A stretch of DNA of 54,966 bases from a virus (taxonomy: Duplodnaviria; Caudoviricetes): positions 1 to 54,966 of the IMG/VR virus record IMGVR_UViG_3300003873_000010, one strand, 5' to 3'. Of the stretch, positions 46,061-54,966 are shown in pieces. The notes under the pieces were generated by a model. It was not told the DNA's origin and made no database searches. It saw only the letters and a program-made list of their open reading frames with translations. The position numbers and the translations under genes are program-made. Positions within the stretch are counted from its first letter, which is position 1. The number at the start of each line of letters is the position of its first letter.

Positions 46061-48039
46061 TTCGCCTCCCCGTATCTAACTGCAACGTCGCCGTCTGCGT
46101 CCAAGGGCCAGCCTTGTGCCCACTCAGGGGCTCGGCGCATCTGTTGTATCATATTGTCATACACGACCTGACCTGCCTCTTCAGGCACGACAACAACTAC
46201 CTCGTCGTGCACCGTCAATACAGTTTTAAACCTGCGGTATGGAGTATCCATCTTGCGTAATGCTGCATCGATAGTCTCAATCTGGTCAAAGACTACAATG
46301 CGCGCTAGGGCTTGTACAATGTTCTCCGTGATGACGCCGCCCCATAGAGGCTTGAGCACGCGGGTTCTACCTTTTTTCTGGTAGTACGCGTAGCCGTCTA
46401 GCTCTATGTTGTAGTGTAGACCGTTGTAACGCAGTTGCATGTTATTAGGCAGTATAATGCGAGGGGGTTCGTCTCCCTCTGCAGGTAGGAACTGAAGTGT
46501 ACACCCTGCAACTGGCCCCAACTCGTATGTCGCTCCGTGCATCACTGCATCTAAAGCTTTGTCACATTTACGCCAATAGGCCGTGATGTTACTGTTCGCT
46601 TGTCTGTATATCTTGACTACGCGTTGGGCTTCTTCTTCGTCAATCTCAATGCCTGTGAAGGCTTTAAGAGTGTCACGATACTTCGACGCACCCATTCCGT
46701 ACCCGAGGCCGAGTACCGCAACCTTGCCTACTTGACGTTCTTTCTTGTCGTCCTTTGTGATTTCTCTGCCGTAGATACGACTCGCCATCCAGCAATATAC
46801 ATCGTCGCCACGAGCGAACGCCTCTAGCAACTCCTGTTCACCCGCAACCCACGCTGTCCCACGAGCCTCAATCTGCCCTGAGTCTGCAACGACTAATGTG
46901 TGCTTCTCTGGAGCACGCATGGCCATGCGAAGCGAAGACCCACGAGGCATATTCTGTAAGTTCACTTTGTCACGCCCTGAAGTACGCCCTGTGAATGCGC
47001 CCCAGTAAGTGAGTGGTATGGGGAACGCTCCGCGCTCCCGTATACCGATGAACCGTTCAACCCGTGACTCCATCAATGTCGATTTCACCCGCTGACGAGC
47101 TGCGATTAAAGTCTGCATGCACGCATCGTCTACGGTAGCCTCTTGGAATTCCAAGAACTCAGGGTCTTTCTTCCCAAGCGCGGGAATTTCTTTCCCTGTA
47201 GTCGGGCTTGTTTTGGTAGGACACTCATACCCTAGGGCCCCGATGATATTCTTAAACATCGGGTTAGACGATAGTAGTTTAGTGGCAGCTTCCCCCTTAC
47301 GAGCGAGCTCCATAATCCTATCCGCCACCTTTTTAGACCTCGCACTTGCATCTAACAAGGCTTTACGCAGCAGCTCCAACCTACCGATACGCAGGTTCTC
47401 AAGCTCAGTCTTTAAAAGCTCGACGTCGATGTCCAGCACAGGGTCGTTACCCATGCGTTGGTGCATGTCGATAACAGGCATCTCGCAGGGGTAGTTATTA
47501 AGTATGTGCCAGAATATTCTCGAGCACAACAACACATCGTTACGGCAGTACGCACCGTACTGCTCTAACTCGTTAGGGTGAAAGTCCGATAGGTGTTTAC
47601 CTAGTGCATCCTCCACCTCTGTACCTTTTTCCCCGAACCCGAGGCGGGCCGCGATAGCTTTCAAGCTGCCTCCAACCTCAAGGCCGAACCAAGGGCGGGA
47701 CATGTTTAACGTGCAAGCGTACTGTTGCGGTACGATATCGTATATCTGCGATAAGATAAACCCGTCGAACGCCATGTTATGCGCGACCACACAGGTTTTA
47801 TTCCAGTCGATGGTGGCGAGCATACCTGCCACCGCGTCGCCTATAACCCAGCTGGTGTCGGATATACTGTTACCTGCAAGGTCAAATTGTGTGAGCGACA
47901 CCCCTATTACTTCGAACCTAGGGTCTCTAACATACTCCTCCGTCGTGAGCTTGGATAGTGTGTATGTTTTGCTGTAGTACGTCTCAAAATCAAGAACGAC
48001 TACCGCCTCTACCCCAGGTAGAAACTTAATCTTGTTCAT
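46057..48039 (-). CDS. DNA polymerase family A with 3'-5' exonuclease
   Basis: DFET, AHNMAFD and YCRND exo motifs. Motif A DSGQIEAR, motif B RQVGKVAVLGLGYG, motif C VHDE. Confidence 0.95.
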   Translation of the reverse strand: MNKIKFLPGVEAVVVLDFETYYSKTYTLSKLTTEEYVRDPRFEVIGVSLTQFDLAGNSISDTSWVIGDAVAGMLATIDWNKTCVVAHNMAFDGFILSQIYDIVPQQYACTLNMSRPWFGLEVGGSLKAIAARLGFGEKGTEVEDALGKHLSDFHPNELEQYGAYCRNDVLLCSRIFWHILNNYPCEMPVIDMHQRMGNDPVLDIDVELLKTELENLRIGRLELLRKALLDASARSKKVADRIMELARKGEAATKLLSSNPMFKNIIGALGYECPTKTSPTTGKEIPALGKKDPEFLEFQEATVDDACMQTLIAARQRVKSTLMESRVERFIGIRERGAFPIPLTYWGAFTGRTSGRDKVNLQNMPRGSSLRMAMRAPEKHTLVVADSGQIEARGTAWVAGEQELLEAFARGDDVYCWMASRIYGREITKDDKKERQVGKVAVLGLGYGMGASKYRDTLKAFTGIEIDEEEAQRVVKIYRQANSNITAYWRKCDKALDAVMHGATYELGPVAGCTLQFLPAEGDEPPRIILPNNMQLRYNGLHYNIELDGYAYYQKKGRTRVLKPLWGGVITENIVQALARIVVFDQIETIDAALRKMDTPYRRFKTVLTVHDEVVVVVPEEAGQVVYDNMIQQMRRAPEWAQGWPLDADGDVAVRYGEAK

Positions 48040-48047
48040 ACGACCTC

Positions 48048-48740
48048 CTATTTGTCGGTTCTATCCTCTGCTCGGGTCACAATGACGTCTACATCATCTC
48101 CCACTGTAAGTGTGTCGCCATCTGACGCGTCTAGGAGCTCCGTGTTGCGGGCCACCATCATGTTCCCAAAGTTCTGTACCGTTGAACCCTCTGGGAATTC
48201 ACGTGGCACGCCGCCCAGTTCTGCTATACGCTCCTGCACCTCTACAGGCACCTCAGAGGTGAACATCAACACAATGTCTTGTGAGTCGTCTTGCGCTTCA
48301 AGCATAAAAGCGAACTGTACTGGAGCGGCGCCCACTACAAGGCGCGACATCCACATGTGCAGTTGTGTATCTGGAATGAAAGGGGCTACACCGTCCATAT
48401 ACCTCGAGAACAACTCGAACGCTTTGACCTGCCCGTCCTCCCCGGGGGCGAATACCCAGACGTTCTCTTGCACGTTGTGAAACTCTATCTTTGCCCCTGC
48501 GATAAGGGCTTCGGCACGCAACTCTTCTCTAGGGGCGATGAACCCTGTTGGCCCCAGGTCTGGGTGTATTAGCACCCCGTCCGCGACTGTCGTTAGCCCG
48601 AGAGACATCGCGACCTTCGAGATGTTTGCGTACGCGGCGTCTGCCACTGTATTAAACTCGTCTATAATCGAGATAGGTAAACGATACGCCGCGATAATTT
48701 GTTGCGCGTTGATGTGTTCCTGTTCTTGCTTCTGTTCCAT
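48048..48740 (-). CDS. Hypothetical acidic protein (230 aa)
   Basis: Start moved to MEQKQ after the AAGGA RBS. Confidence 0.7.
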   Translation of the reverse strand: MEQKQEQEHINAQQIIAAYRLPISIIDEFNTVADAAYANISKVAMSLGLTTVADGVLIHPDLGPTGFIAPREELRAEALIAGAKIEFHNVQENVWVFAPGEDGQVKAFELFSRYMDGVAPFIPDTQLHMWMSRLVVGAAPVQFAFMLEAQDDSQDIVLMFTSEVPVEVQERIAELGGVPREFPEGSTVQNFGNMMVARNTELLDASDGDTLTVGDDVDVIVTRAEDRTDK

Positions 48741-48941
48741 AGTTACTTCCTTTCTTTTTGTTGCCCTTGAATGGGCTAGTGATTTGCCACCCACTGCACA
48801 AGATGTACTAGCAGGATGACGCCTATAATGCGCATGTAGTTGTTGCACGTTATAATCATTATTATGAGCCACAGCATAATACCTACGAGGGCTACGCTGC
48901 TTAGTAGTGCGAGCCCCCCCACAAAGAGGGACAAAAACACG

Positions 48942-49520
48942 CTAGCCATATACAATCCCGAGAGCGTCGAGGGCCCGCATTACTTTACGACGTAGTGCTT
49001 TCATGTCCCCGTCGTTTACTATCGTAATGTCAGGCAGCACCTCGTTACCCGCAGGTGAATAATCCTCGACCTCCCACGGCTCGCGGGGGCGTATGACTCT
49101 TATCATAGTCCCATGTAACGTGCGAACCATACGGCTCATGCCCCCTGCCTTAGTACTGATGTCGGGGATTGTGACGTCGCGCCCTTCCATCAATCCGGCT
49201 GTCACACGTTGGGCCGCAAGTCGCGTCCATAAGTTAGGGTTCACGAGCTCCCGCCCCCACTTATCGCTGAGCGTCTGCAGTAGGTATTGCATGGTGTGGT
49301 CGGTGAGGGGTATGTTTTCGTCTGAGTGTTCTAGCTGCGCCACTTTTTCGCTTGAGATGCCTAGCATCGCAGCGACGGCGTGCCGCACAGGGTCGGTGAT
49401 GGCGACAGATAAAACATCGCGCCCTCGTAAGTCCGCGATGATACTGGCGACGGTATTTCTGCCATCGCCAGTACGCCCTGTTATCCCTATTAACACGGGG
49501 GTGTTTCGTTTCTTGTCCAT
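48942..49520 (-). CDS. dNMP kinase-like protein, degenerate
   Basis: IGITGRTGDGRNTVA, LLQTL...WGR, D..IVNDG; catalytic positions altered. Confidence 0.8.
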   Translation of the reverse strand: MDKKRNTPVLIGITGRTGDGRNTVASIIADLRGRDVLSVAITDPVRHAVAAMLGISSEKVAQLEHSDENIPLTDHTMQYLLQTLSDKWGRELVNPNLWTRLAAQRVTAGLMEGRDVTIPDISTKAGGMSRMVRTLHGTMIRVIRPREPWEVEDYSPAGNEVLPDITIVNDGDMKALRRKVMRALDALGIVYG

Positions 49521-49537
49521 TGTTTTCTCCTGCCTTA

Positions 49538-50083
49538 CTAGATTCCCATTATATATAACTCGTGCGCGTTGTCAAGTGCTGAATGTAATAACGGCTCTGA
49601 ACAACCCCACGTCTGCATCACAGCCAGCGCCACCATCTGCGCGTCAGCGTCCACTCCGGCGTCCTCTAAGCGTGCTTGGTATGCCTTTAATTTTTCCGAC
49701 TTCTGAGCCGCATGGCGAGGCCCATTTGCAGCTAATACAGCTATGACGTCCCCATACTGTACGGTGTACTCAGTAACCCCTATGTGGTGGTGCAGTTTGC
49801 CTGTCGTACCTACCTGCACGAAGACGCTATATGGCACGGATGCCACTGTCGCCCACGGAGCCGACAAAGGTAGCACCTCAACGAATGCCGCGTTGCCGGC
49901 CTTAATCTGCACCTTTATATATCCGCCCTCGTTACAAGTACCCTTAAATTTAAGAGCGGTGCTATCCGGCGGGCACACCACGTCGGCGGGGTATACTACC
50001 TCGTTGGCGGAGAGCAGTACCTGCGGGTCGAGCGACACTGATAAAGACGCGGGTAGTATCGGTGAATGTAATATAAACTCCAT
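49538..50083 (-). CDS. Hypothetical protein
   Basis: GGAGG RBS before MEFIL; tiles the operon. Confidence 0.65.
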   Translation of the reverse strand: MEFILHSPILPASLSVSLDPQVLLSANEVVYPADVVCPPDSTALKFKGTCNEGGYIKVQIKAGNAAFVEVLPLSAPWATVASVPYSVFVQVGTTGKLHHHIGVTEYTVQYGDVIAVLAANGPRHAAQKSEKLKAYQARLEDAGVDADAQMVALAVMQTWGCSEPLLHSALDNAHELYIMGI

Positions 50084-50084
50084 C

Positions 50085-50810
50085 TTAATCCCCCTCCCAG
50101 TCACTCGTATACGGGGGGAGGTCTGTAGCTACAAACTGCGCCCTGTACTCCGCAGGTACACAAGCGAGCATAACTGGCGTGCGAACCTCCAAACCAGCGA
50201 CGATGTCTCTAAACGCGCCTCGCAATGTTTCGGCAATACTGTCCTCGTCCCCCTGACGCATCCGCAGGTTACATAATCTCTGCATGTCCATCTCCTCCGT
50301 CGCGAAGAACTCTAGCCACATCCCTTGCAGTGCACTTTGGACCTCTGGTGCGAGCTCGTCCCACGGGAGGAGCGCCCTCGGGCCGTCGCCGTCTATCTTA
50401 TGTGCGATGGCGAACGCCTCTTGCAAGTCCTCGTTTAGTGCCTCATATGCACTCCTACCAGATGCTGTTGTTTTCGCCCACGGGCAGTAGTGCACTATGT
50501 ACACGTGCACAAGGAACGACTCTGTCGCTAGGTCATCCAAACGGTAGCGCGCTTGAGACACGATGTCGCGAATAAACACCGCCGCCTCTACTGCACTGAG
50601 TTGGAACATAGTTTGCAGGTCCACGGGTGCGCTAAAATGCGTATCTATCCCCGTAGTCACCTCCACCGATGCCGTCGAGATTGCGTCGTCAAATATGGAT
50701 ATAAACATCTCGTCCAATTCTTCCTGCAAGTATCGTATGAGCGGGCATGGACTCGAGTCGAGGTTGTTGTTCGGGGGGGTAGAACCCTTAGTGTTTGTGT
50801 GGTTTTTCAT
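50085..50810 (-). CDS. Hypothetical acidic protein
   Basis: 241-aa ORF, AAGGGA RBS. Confidence 0.7.
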   Translation of the reverse strand: MKNHTNTKGSTPPNNNLDSSPCPLIRYLQEELDEMFISIFDDAISTASVEVTTGIDTHFSAPVDLQTMFQLSAVEAAVFIRDIVSQARYRLDDLATESFLVHVYIVHYCPWAKTTASGRSAYEALNEDLQEAFAIAHKIDGDGPRALLPWDELAPEVQSALQGMWLEFFATEEMDMQRLCNLRMRQGDEDSIAETLRGAFRDIVAGLEVRTPVMLACVPAEYRAQFVATDLPPYTSDWEGD

Positions 50811-50851
50811 GTGTATGTGTCCCTTATTTATTGGGTTTTATATTCGTGCGA

Positions 50852-50874
50852 GATAAAGGGGGCTCGCGCCCCCC
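50852..50874 (-). terminator. Intrinsic terminator after the fibre gene
   Basis: GGGGGC-GCGA-GCCCCC then TTTAT on the - strand. Confidence 0.7.
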
Positions 50875-50886
50875 ATGTAACTTAGT

Positions 50887-51927
50887 TTATAGACCTGAAG
50901 CAGTAGCAGCTAAAGGTGCTAGTCCCATAACATTACGGAACACGTTGGCAGCCTTGCGACCGTCAAATACACCAGATGGCATACCTGATGCGAACGCTTC
51001 TACGGCCACTACACGAGTGTCCATAGCGGTATTCTTAGCATCTTGGTCTGCTTGGTTCGCGATAAGACCAGCTTCTAAATCAGAAACTTTAGTCTTGACA
51101 CCTTTGACAATGTCGCCGTTGGCGTCAGTAGTGTCGTTTAAAACGTCCTCAACAGTAGCTACACGACCGTCAAGGGCTGTGCCAGCTGCTTCTAACGCAT
51201 CTAAACGTGTGTTCTGAGCCGCGTCAGCAGTTGAAGCCGCGACTGTAATGTTGCTAACAGCCGAGCTGATTTTACTATCAACAGAACCTGCTACAGTACT
51301 GTCTCCGTTTAAAGTATCCACCTGTGCTTGGGTAGCTGCTTGGGCTGCTTGGTTAGCAGCTTCTACAGCTTTGGCACGGGTGGCTTCCGCGTCGATTTGG
51401 TTCGCAATTGAACCTGTTACGGTCTTGTCACCTTTAAGGGTGGTTAAGTCGCCTTCGGTTGCAGTTACACGGTCGCCCATGTCTGAGATAGCGAGGTCAG
51501 TAGCGCTCTTGTTGTCACTAACTGTTACAGCCAAGTTAGTAATGTTAGACGCATTCTGTGCGACGCCGTTACTGTTGGTATCAATAGCACTTTGTAGAGC
51601 TGCTTCGGCCGCAGTGGCACGAGTAGCTTCTGCACTAAGGCCAGAGGCGTTAGTGGCGATACGGTTTAGTAAGTCAGTCGCTAAGGTATTATTAGCAGGG
51701 TCAGTCAGTAGGGCGTTAATCGCCTTTACTTTCTCTGCTAATGTCTCTACACCATCAGTCGCATCGATAACATCAATCGCGTCTAAACGTGAAGTGATAC
51801 CTGCAACAGTGGTGTCGATTTCGCCTTTGGTGTAGAACGCCGCTAGGATTTCCTGCAGGGATACCCCCAAATCGTTCGCTAACTGTTCTAATTGTGCTTG
51901 TAGTTCTGCAGATGTAACTGTAGCCAT
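50887..51927 (-). CDS. Coiled-coil fibre protein (EATRA-type repeats)
   Basis: AEATRATAAE/AEATRAKAVE, L.GD.TV.GS x2, R(V/L)xAxE heptads; GGAG RBS. Confidence 0.75.
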   Translation of the reverse strand: MATVTSAELQAQLEQLANDLGVSLQEILAAFYTKGEIDTTVAGITSRLDAIDVIDATDGVETLAEKVKAINALLTDPANNTLATDLLNRIATNASGLSAEATRATAAEAALQSAIDTNSNGVAQNASNITNLAVTVSDNKSATDLAISDMGDRVTATEGDLTTLKGDKTVTGSIANQIDAEATRAKAVEAANQAAQAATQAQVDTLNGDSTVAGSVDSKISSAVSNITVAASTADAAQNTRLDALEAAGTALDGRVATVEDVLNDTTDANGDIVKGVKTKVSDLEAGLIANQADQDAKNTAMDTRVVAVEAFASGMPSGVFDGRKAANVFRNVMGLAPLAATASGL

Positions 51928-52307
51928 TATTTTTCTCCATTTTTGTTTTTTGGATAACCAATAGTCACATACACTAGCATACCGTGGTTGTGGTATGTTT
52001 TGTATATGTAAGTGTAACGTGCATCCTGCCCTACCTTTACAACCTTCTCACGGGTCATGTCGATTGGGAGTGGGCACGCTGAGGTCACTGTGACCTCAGG
52101 TATAATTTTACCACGAGTTGCCTTCTTATCACACTCTATTCCGTCGTATAGTGGTGCTAGTACGTACGCCACCACTGCCATCTCCACTACGAATAGGAAC
52201 ACGAGGGCTACTAGATACCACCGTAAGCACCGCCGCGCATATTCTTTCGTCCCTCTTCCGACCTCATTGGCAAAGACTTCTATCTCTTTCTGTGCACTGT
52301 TTTCCAT
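51927..52307 (-). CDS. Single-TM membrane protein
   Basis: WYLVALVFLFVVEMAVVAYVLAPL; AGGAGG RBS; TAATG coupling to the fibre gene. Confidence 0.7.
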   Translation of the reverse strand: MENSAQKEIEVFANEVGRGTKEYARRCLRWYLVALVFLFVVEMAVVAYVLAPLYDGIECDKKATRGKIIPEVTVTSACPLPIDMTREKVVKVGQDARYTYIYKTYHNHGMLVYVTIGYPKNKNGEK

Positions 52308-52316
52308 CTAATCCTC

Positions 52317-52787
52317 CTAACACCGTCTAGGCCTTAACTCGGGTTCGTCCTCAATGAGCATGCCCATGAAGTCATCGAGCACGTCGAGGATAGCGGTGAC
52401 AACATCGGGCGCGTAGCTCGCCACGAGGTTCAAAAGATATCCATCTATCCCGCACATAAAGCGCATCATTATATCGCTCCACATTCTAGTCTGTACAGGT
52501 GTGTCACGCCATACGAACTCGTCCCTTCGAACCCGTCTGTTGTCCATATGCACGAACACGTCACAAACTAGATGGAACATAGTCTCAGGGGTAAGCACTC
52601 CGCCGGCATCCGTGTAGGATGTCACGGCGCCCTCCAACGCCTCGTCTATGTAGATGGCGAACCCGTCTGGCGTGTACTCATCTATATACAGCTCCAGCCC
52701 ACCCCTGCAGCGCATCGCTCGCATCTCTTGCCATATCAAGTCCTCTAGGTCTCCGGCCGTGGGGATAACTATAGTTTCTATTTCCAT
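52317..52787 (-). CDS. Acidic paralogue C
   Basis: FVWRDTPVQTRMWSDIMMRF; AGGAG RBS. Confidence 0.8.
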   Translation of the reverse strand: MEIETIVIPTAGDLEDLIWQEMRAMRCRGGLELYIDEYTPDGFAIYIDEALEGAVTSYTDAGGVLTPETMFHLVCDVFVHMDNRRVRRDEFVWRDTPVQTRMWSDIMMRFMCGIDGYLLNLVASYAPDVVTAILDVLDDFMGMLIEDEPELRPRRC

Positions 52788-52796
52788 ATATTTCTC

Positions 52797-53441
52797 CTAT
52801 CTCCCGTACACGAATATATCGTGCAGGGTATCTTCCATATCAAACACTACGTCCACGACGTACTGGCTGAATACACTCTCCAGCTCCTCGCGGAGGCTGT
52901 CTACCGCATACACGGACTCCAATACAGTCGCACCGAGGGTGTACCGCATCAGCACATCACTCCATTGGGCGTTCTGCTCGGGTGTGTCGCTCCACACGAG
53001 GCCAGCTCGCGCCTCACTTCTTGCCTCCATTTTGGCTAACACCCCACAGACCACCTCAAACAGCAGGTTGGGGGTCAGGCTTTCCCCCGCGTCCGTGCAG
53101 GTCTCTACAGCTTCTCTGACAGCGGAGTGCATCACCCCAACAACACTATTGTCCTCTGGGTCTTCCCCCCAATCGTTGCAGATTTCGTCTTTGGTGCTGT
53201 CGATGGCATATTGTATAGTACCATCGACGAAGGAGGCGAGGAAATGGGGCGCTATATTCTCCATATCCTCCATAGTTATGTCAAAAAGCCTCATGTCCCC
53301 CGCCGCCACGTGGAGCTCGTCTGCGTACATGTCGTGTTCCGAGTCCACGCAGCGCTTAGCCTCTGCCTCTACCGCGTCTTTGATATCGTCGAAAGCGACG
53401 TATACTGCGCGCTCTATAGTTGTGTTCACGTCTGTACTCAT
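52797..53441 (-). CDS. Acidic paralogue B
   Basis: LVWSDTPEQNAQWSDVLMRY; AGGAG RBS. Confidence 0.8.
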   Translation of the reverse strand: MSTDVNTTIERAVYVAFDDIKDAVEAEAKRCVDSEHDMYADELHVAAGDMRLFDITMEDMENIAPHFLASFVDGTIQYAIDSTKDEICNDWGEDPEDNSVVGVMHSAVREAVETCTDAGESLTPNLLFEVVCGVLAKMEARSEARAGLVWSDTPEQNAQWSDVLMRYTLGATVLESVYAVDSLREELESVFSQYVVDVVFDMEDTLHDIFVYGR

Positions 53442-53442
53442 G

Positions 53443-54072
53443 TTAATCTCCTAAATACGCGTTGTATAATTCGTTGTCGTTATCATCGACGATATCCCTA
53501 CAGAGTATAGACATCAGGTCATATACATCCTCTTGCATAGTTTTATCAGACAACACGGCCGTGAGGATATTTTTGCCCATCACGTACCGCATAAGAATAT
53601 CACTCCATTGGTCGTTCTGCTCGGGTGTGTTGCTCCACACAAACAGCTCGCGTGGTGGGTTGTCCTTATCGAGCTTTACCATCACCCCACAGAATACATT
53701 GAACAGCAGCTCGGAGGTGAGCGGTAGCCCAGCATTCTTGCAGTCGGCAACAGCGTCGTCAATTGTGTCATGCAGGTGGGTCGTGAACCCCCCCACGGCC
53801 ACTGACCACGCGGGGTCTTCTAGCCCCGCTAAGATATCTTCGATGCCCGCGTCATAAATATCTCGGGCCGTCTCGCGGAGGTCATGCGGGAGGAGACGGT
53901 CGAGCTCCTCTAGGGTGATAGGCATCGAAATCCGTCCGTCGTCGGATAGTACATGCAGTCCCTGCGACGTAGACTCGTGGGCCGCGGTAACGTAATCAAG
54001 TAGCATGTCCTTCACCACCCCTGGTATATGAGAGGCCGCGGCCTCCACGGCGTTACTTATTATGGTGTCCAT
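53443..54072 (-). CDS. Acidic paralogue A
   Basis: FVWSNTPEQNDQWSDILMRY; AAGGAG RBS. Confidence 0.8.
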   Translation of the reverse strand: MDTIISNAVEAAASHIPGVVKDMLLDYVTAAHESTSQGLHVLSDDGRISMPITLEELDRLLPHDLRETARDIYDAGIEDILAGLEDPAWSVAVGGFTTHLHDTIDDAVADCKNAGLPLTSELLFNVFCGVMVKLDKDNPPRELFVWSNTPEQNDQWSDILMRYVMGKNILTAVLSDKTMQEDVYDLMSILCRDIVDDNDNELYNAYLGD

Positions 54073-54086
54073 ATCATTCTCCTTGT

Positions 54087-54542
54087 TTAATCTAAATCAC
54101 TACACCGCATGGCGTACTTGTAGTAGGTAGTATTGATTGTCTCAATATTAGTTTTACCGTCGGACATACCTAGATACTTATTTTCAGTAGAAGCGACTAC
54201 CAGCCGTTTCACCCGTTTGTTCATCACTTCGACGATATCAAACCCCACATAACACCACTCGGATTGTCCGACCTCTAGTGTTAGAGGTACATAATCGAAT
54301 GTCGGATGTCCGTAGTCCCATTCTGGTATAGCCTCCCACCCAAATCTTAGGGTTGGAGTGCAGTCGGTGTCGTGCAGTCGCCCAGTTGTAGTGTAGGCTA
54401 TATTTTGTGCGTACTCGCCATCTATAAACAGGACGTTGACCGGACATTGCTTAGTGCAGTCTACCGCAGTGATTTTCCCTCTCCCATGTAGAGTGCTATA
54501 TACCTGTTGGCCAATGTGTTTGGTTGTAAAAACATTTTTCAT
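54087..54542 (-). CDS. Hypothetical protein (SH3-like N-terminus)
   Basis: GQQVYSTLHGRGKI..PVNVLF..YTTTG pattern; AGGAG RBS. Confidence 0.7.
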   Translation of the reverse strand: MKNVFTTKHIGQQVYSTLHGRGKITAVDCTKQCPVNVLFIDGEYAQNIAYTTTGRLHDTDCTPTLRFGWEAIPEWDYGHPTFDYVPLTLEVGQSEWCYVGFDIVEVMNKRVKRLVVASTENKYLGMSDGKTNIETINTTYYKYAMRCSDLD

Positions 54543-54551
54543 ATCATTCTC

Positions 54552-54944
54552 CTACAAATCTCTTAACTTTTTCCATTGCTTGTATTGCTTTCTGGACACC
54601 GCTCGAGGGTTGTATACTTTGACCCATGAGGTGTCACCCTCTAACTCGGCCATGAGAGGGGCACAGAACCCCTCTGTCGAAAACCCCACCGTTAGGTGCT
54701 CAGCGAGCTCCACCGCACCCTCGTCTACAAGTTCGAGGGCGTCGAACCGCCCCGCATAGTGTGCGACTAGGCGCGCGGAGGTTTCTTTTGTGAAAAAATC
54801 TCGGGTGTACTGTCGTAGCACATCAACAAGTCCTACATCTGCGTTCCCCCACATATACTCCACAAACTCAGAGTAGTGGAACTCATACCCCTCCATAGTC
54901 TCCACTACATCAACTTTCATATATCTTTTATTTTCGTTTTTCAT
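54552..54944 (-). CDS. Hypothetical protein
   Basis: 130-aa ORF, AAGGAG RBS. Confidence 0.7.
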   Translation of the reverse strand: MKNENKRYMKVDVVETMEGYEFHYSEFVEYMWGNADVGLVDVLRQYTRDFFTKETSARLVAHYAGRFDALELVDEGAVELAEHLTVGFSTEGFCAPLMAELEGDTSWVKVYNPRAVSRKQYKQWKKLRDL

Positions 54945-54966
54945 TTTGTTCTCCTTCCGTTTTGTT

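Noticed and set aside
1-54966. tRNA, rRNA, integrase, transposase, intron/intein, reverse transcriptase/DGR
   Set aside because: None recognised by eye. Polymerase, terminase and helicases are uninterrupted, and no host genes flank the phage genes.

Overview
The window is most of the genome of a tailed dsDNA phage, probably podovirus-like. Spanins indicate a Gram-negative host and IHF-like sites suggest a proteobacterial one. The + strand (3.7-38.6 kb) carries terS/terL, an accessory fibre/spike block, a lysis cassette (GH108 endolysin, holin candidates, overlapped spanins), tail proteins, portal, scaffold, major capsid, adaptor and two ejection-type proteins, one of them a 2144-aa polyvalent protein. 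The - strand (38.7-55 kb, probably continuing at the left edge) carries primase-DUF927 helicase, an SSB-like protein, SNF2 helicase, VRR-NUC, PD-(D/E)XK nuclease, family A polymerase, a degenerate dNMP kinase, a misplaced coiled-coil fibre gene, three acidic paralogues and a MoxR-type AAA+ ATPase that the ORF track missed. A structured, mostly non-coding 2.7-kb control region (1.05-3.72 kb) holds six symmetric IHF-like units, hairpins with embedded promoters, nested perfect palindromes and three different 8-bp microsatellites. The best novelty candidates are a 1532-aa virion protein that looks like a length-matched alpha-helix/polyproline-II hairpin rod, the acidic paralogue trio (possible DNA mimics), the fibre plus membrane-protein pair, and the control region. 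All family calls come from motif recognition by eye; no searches were run.
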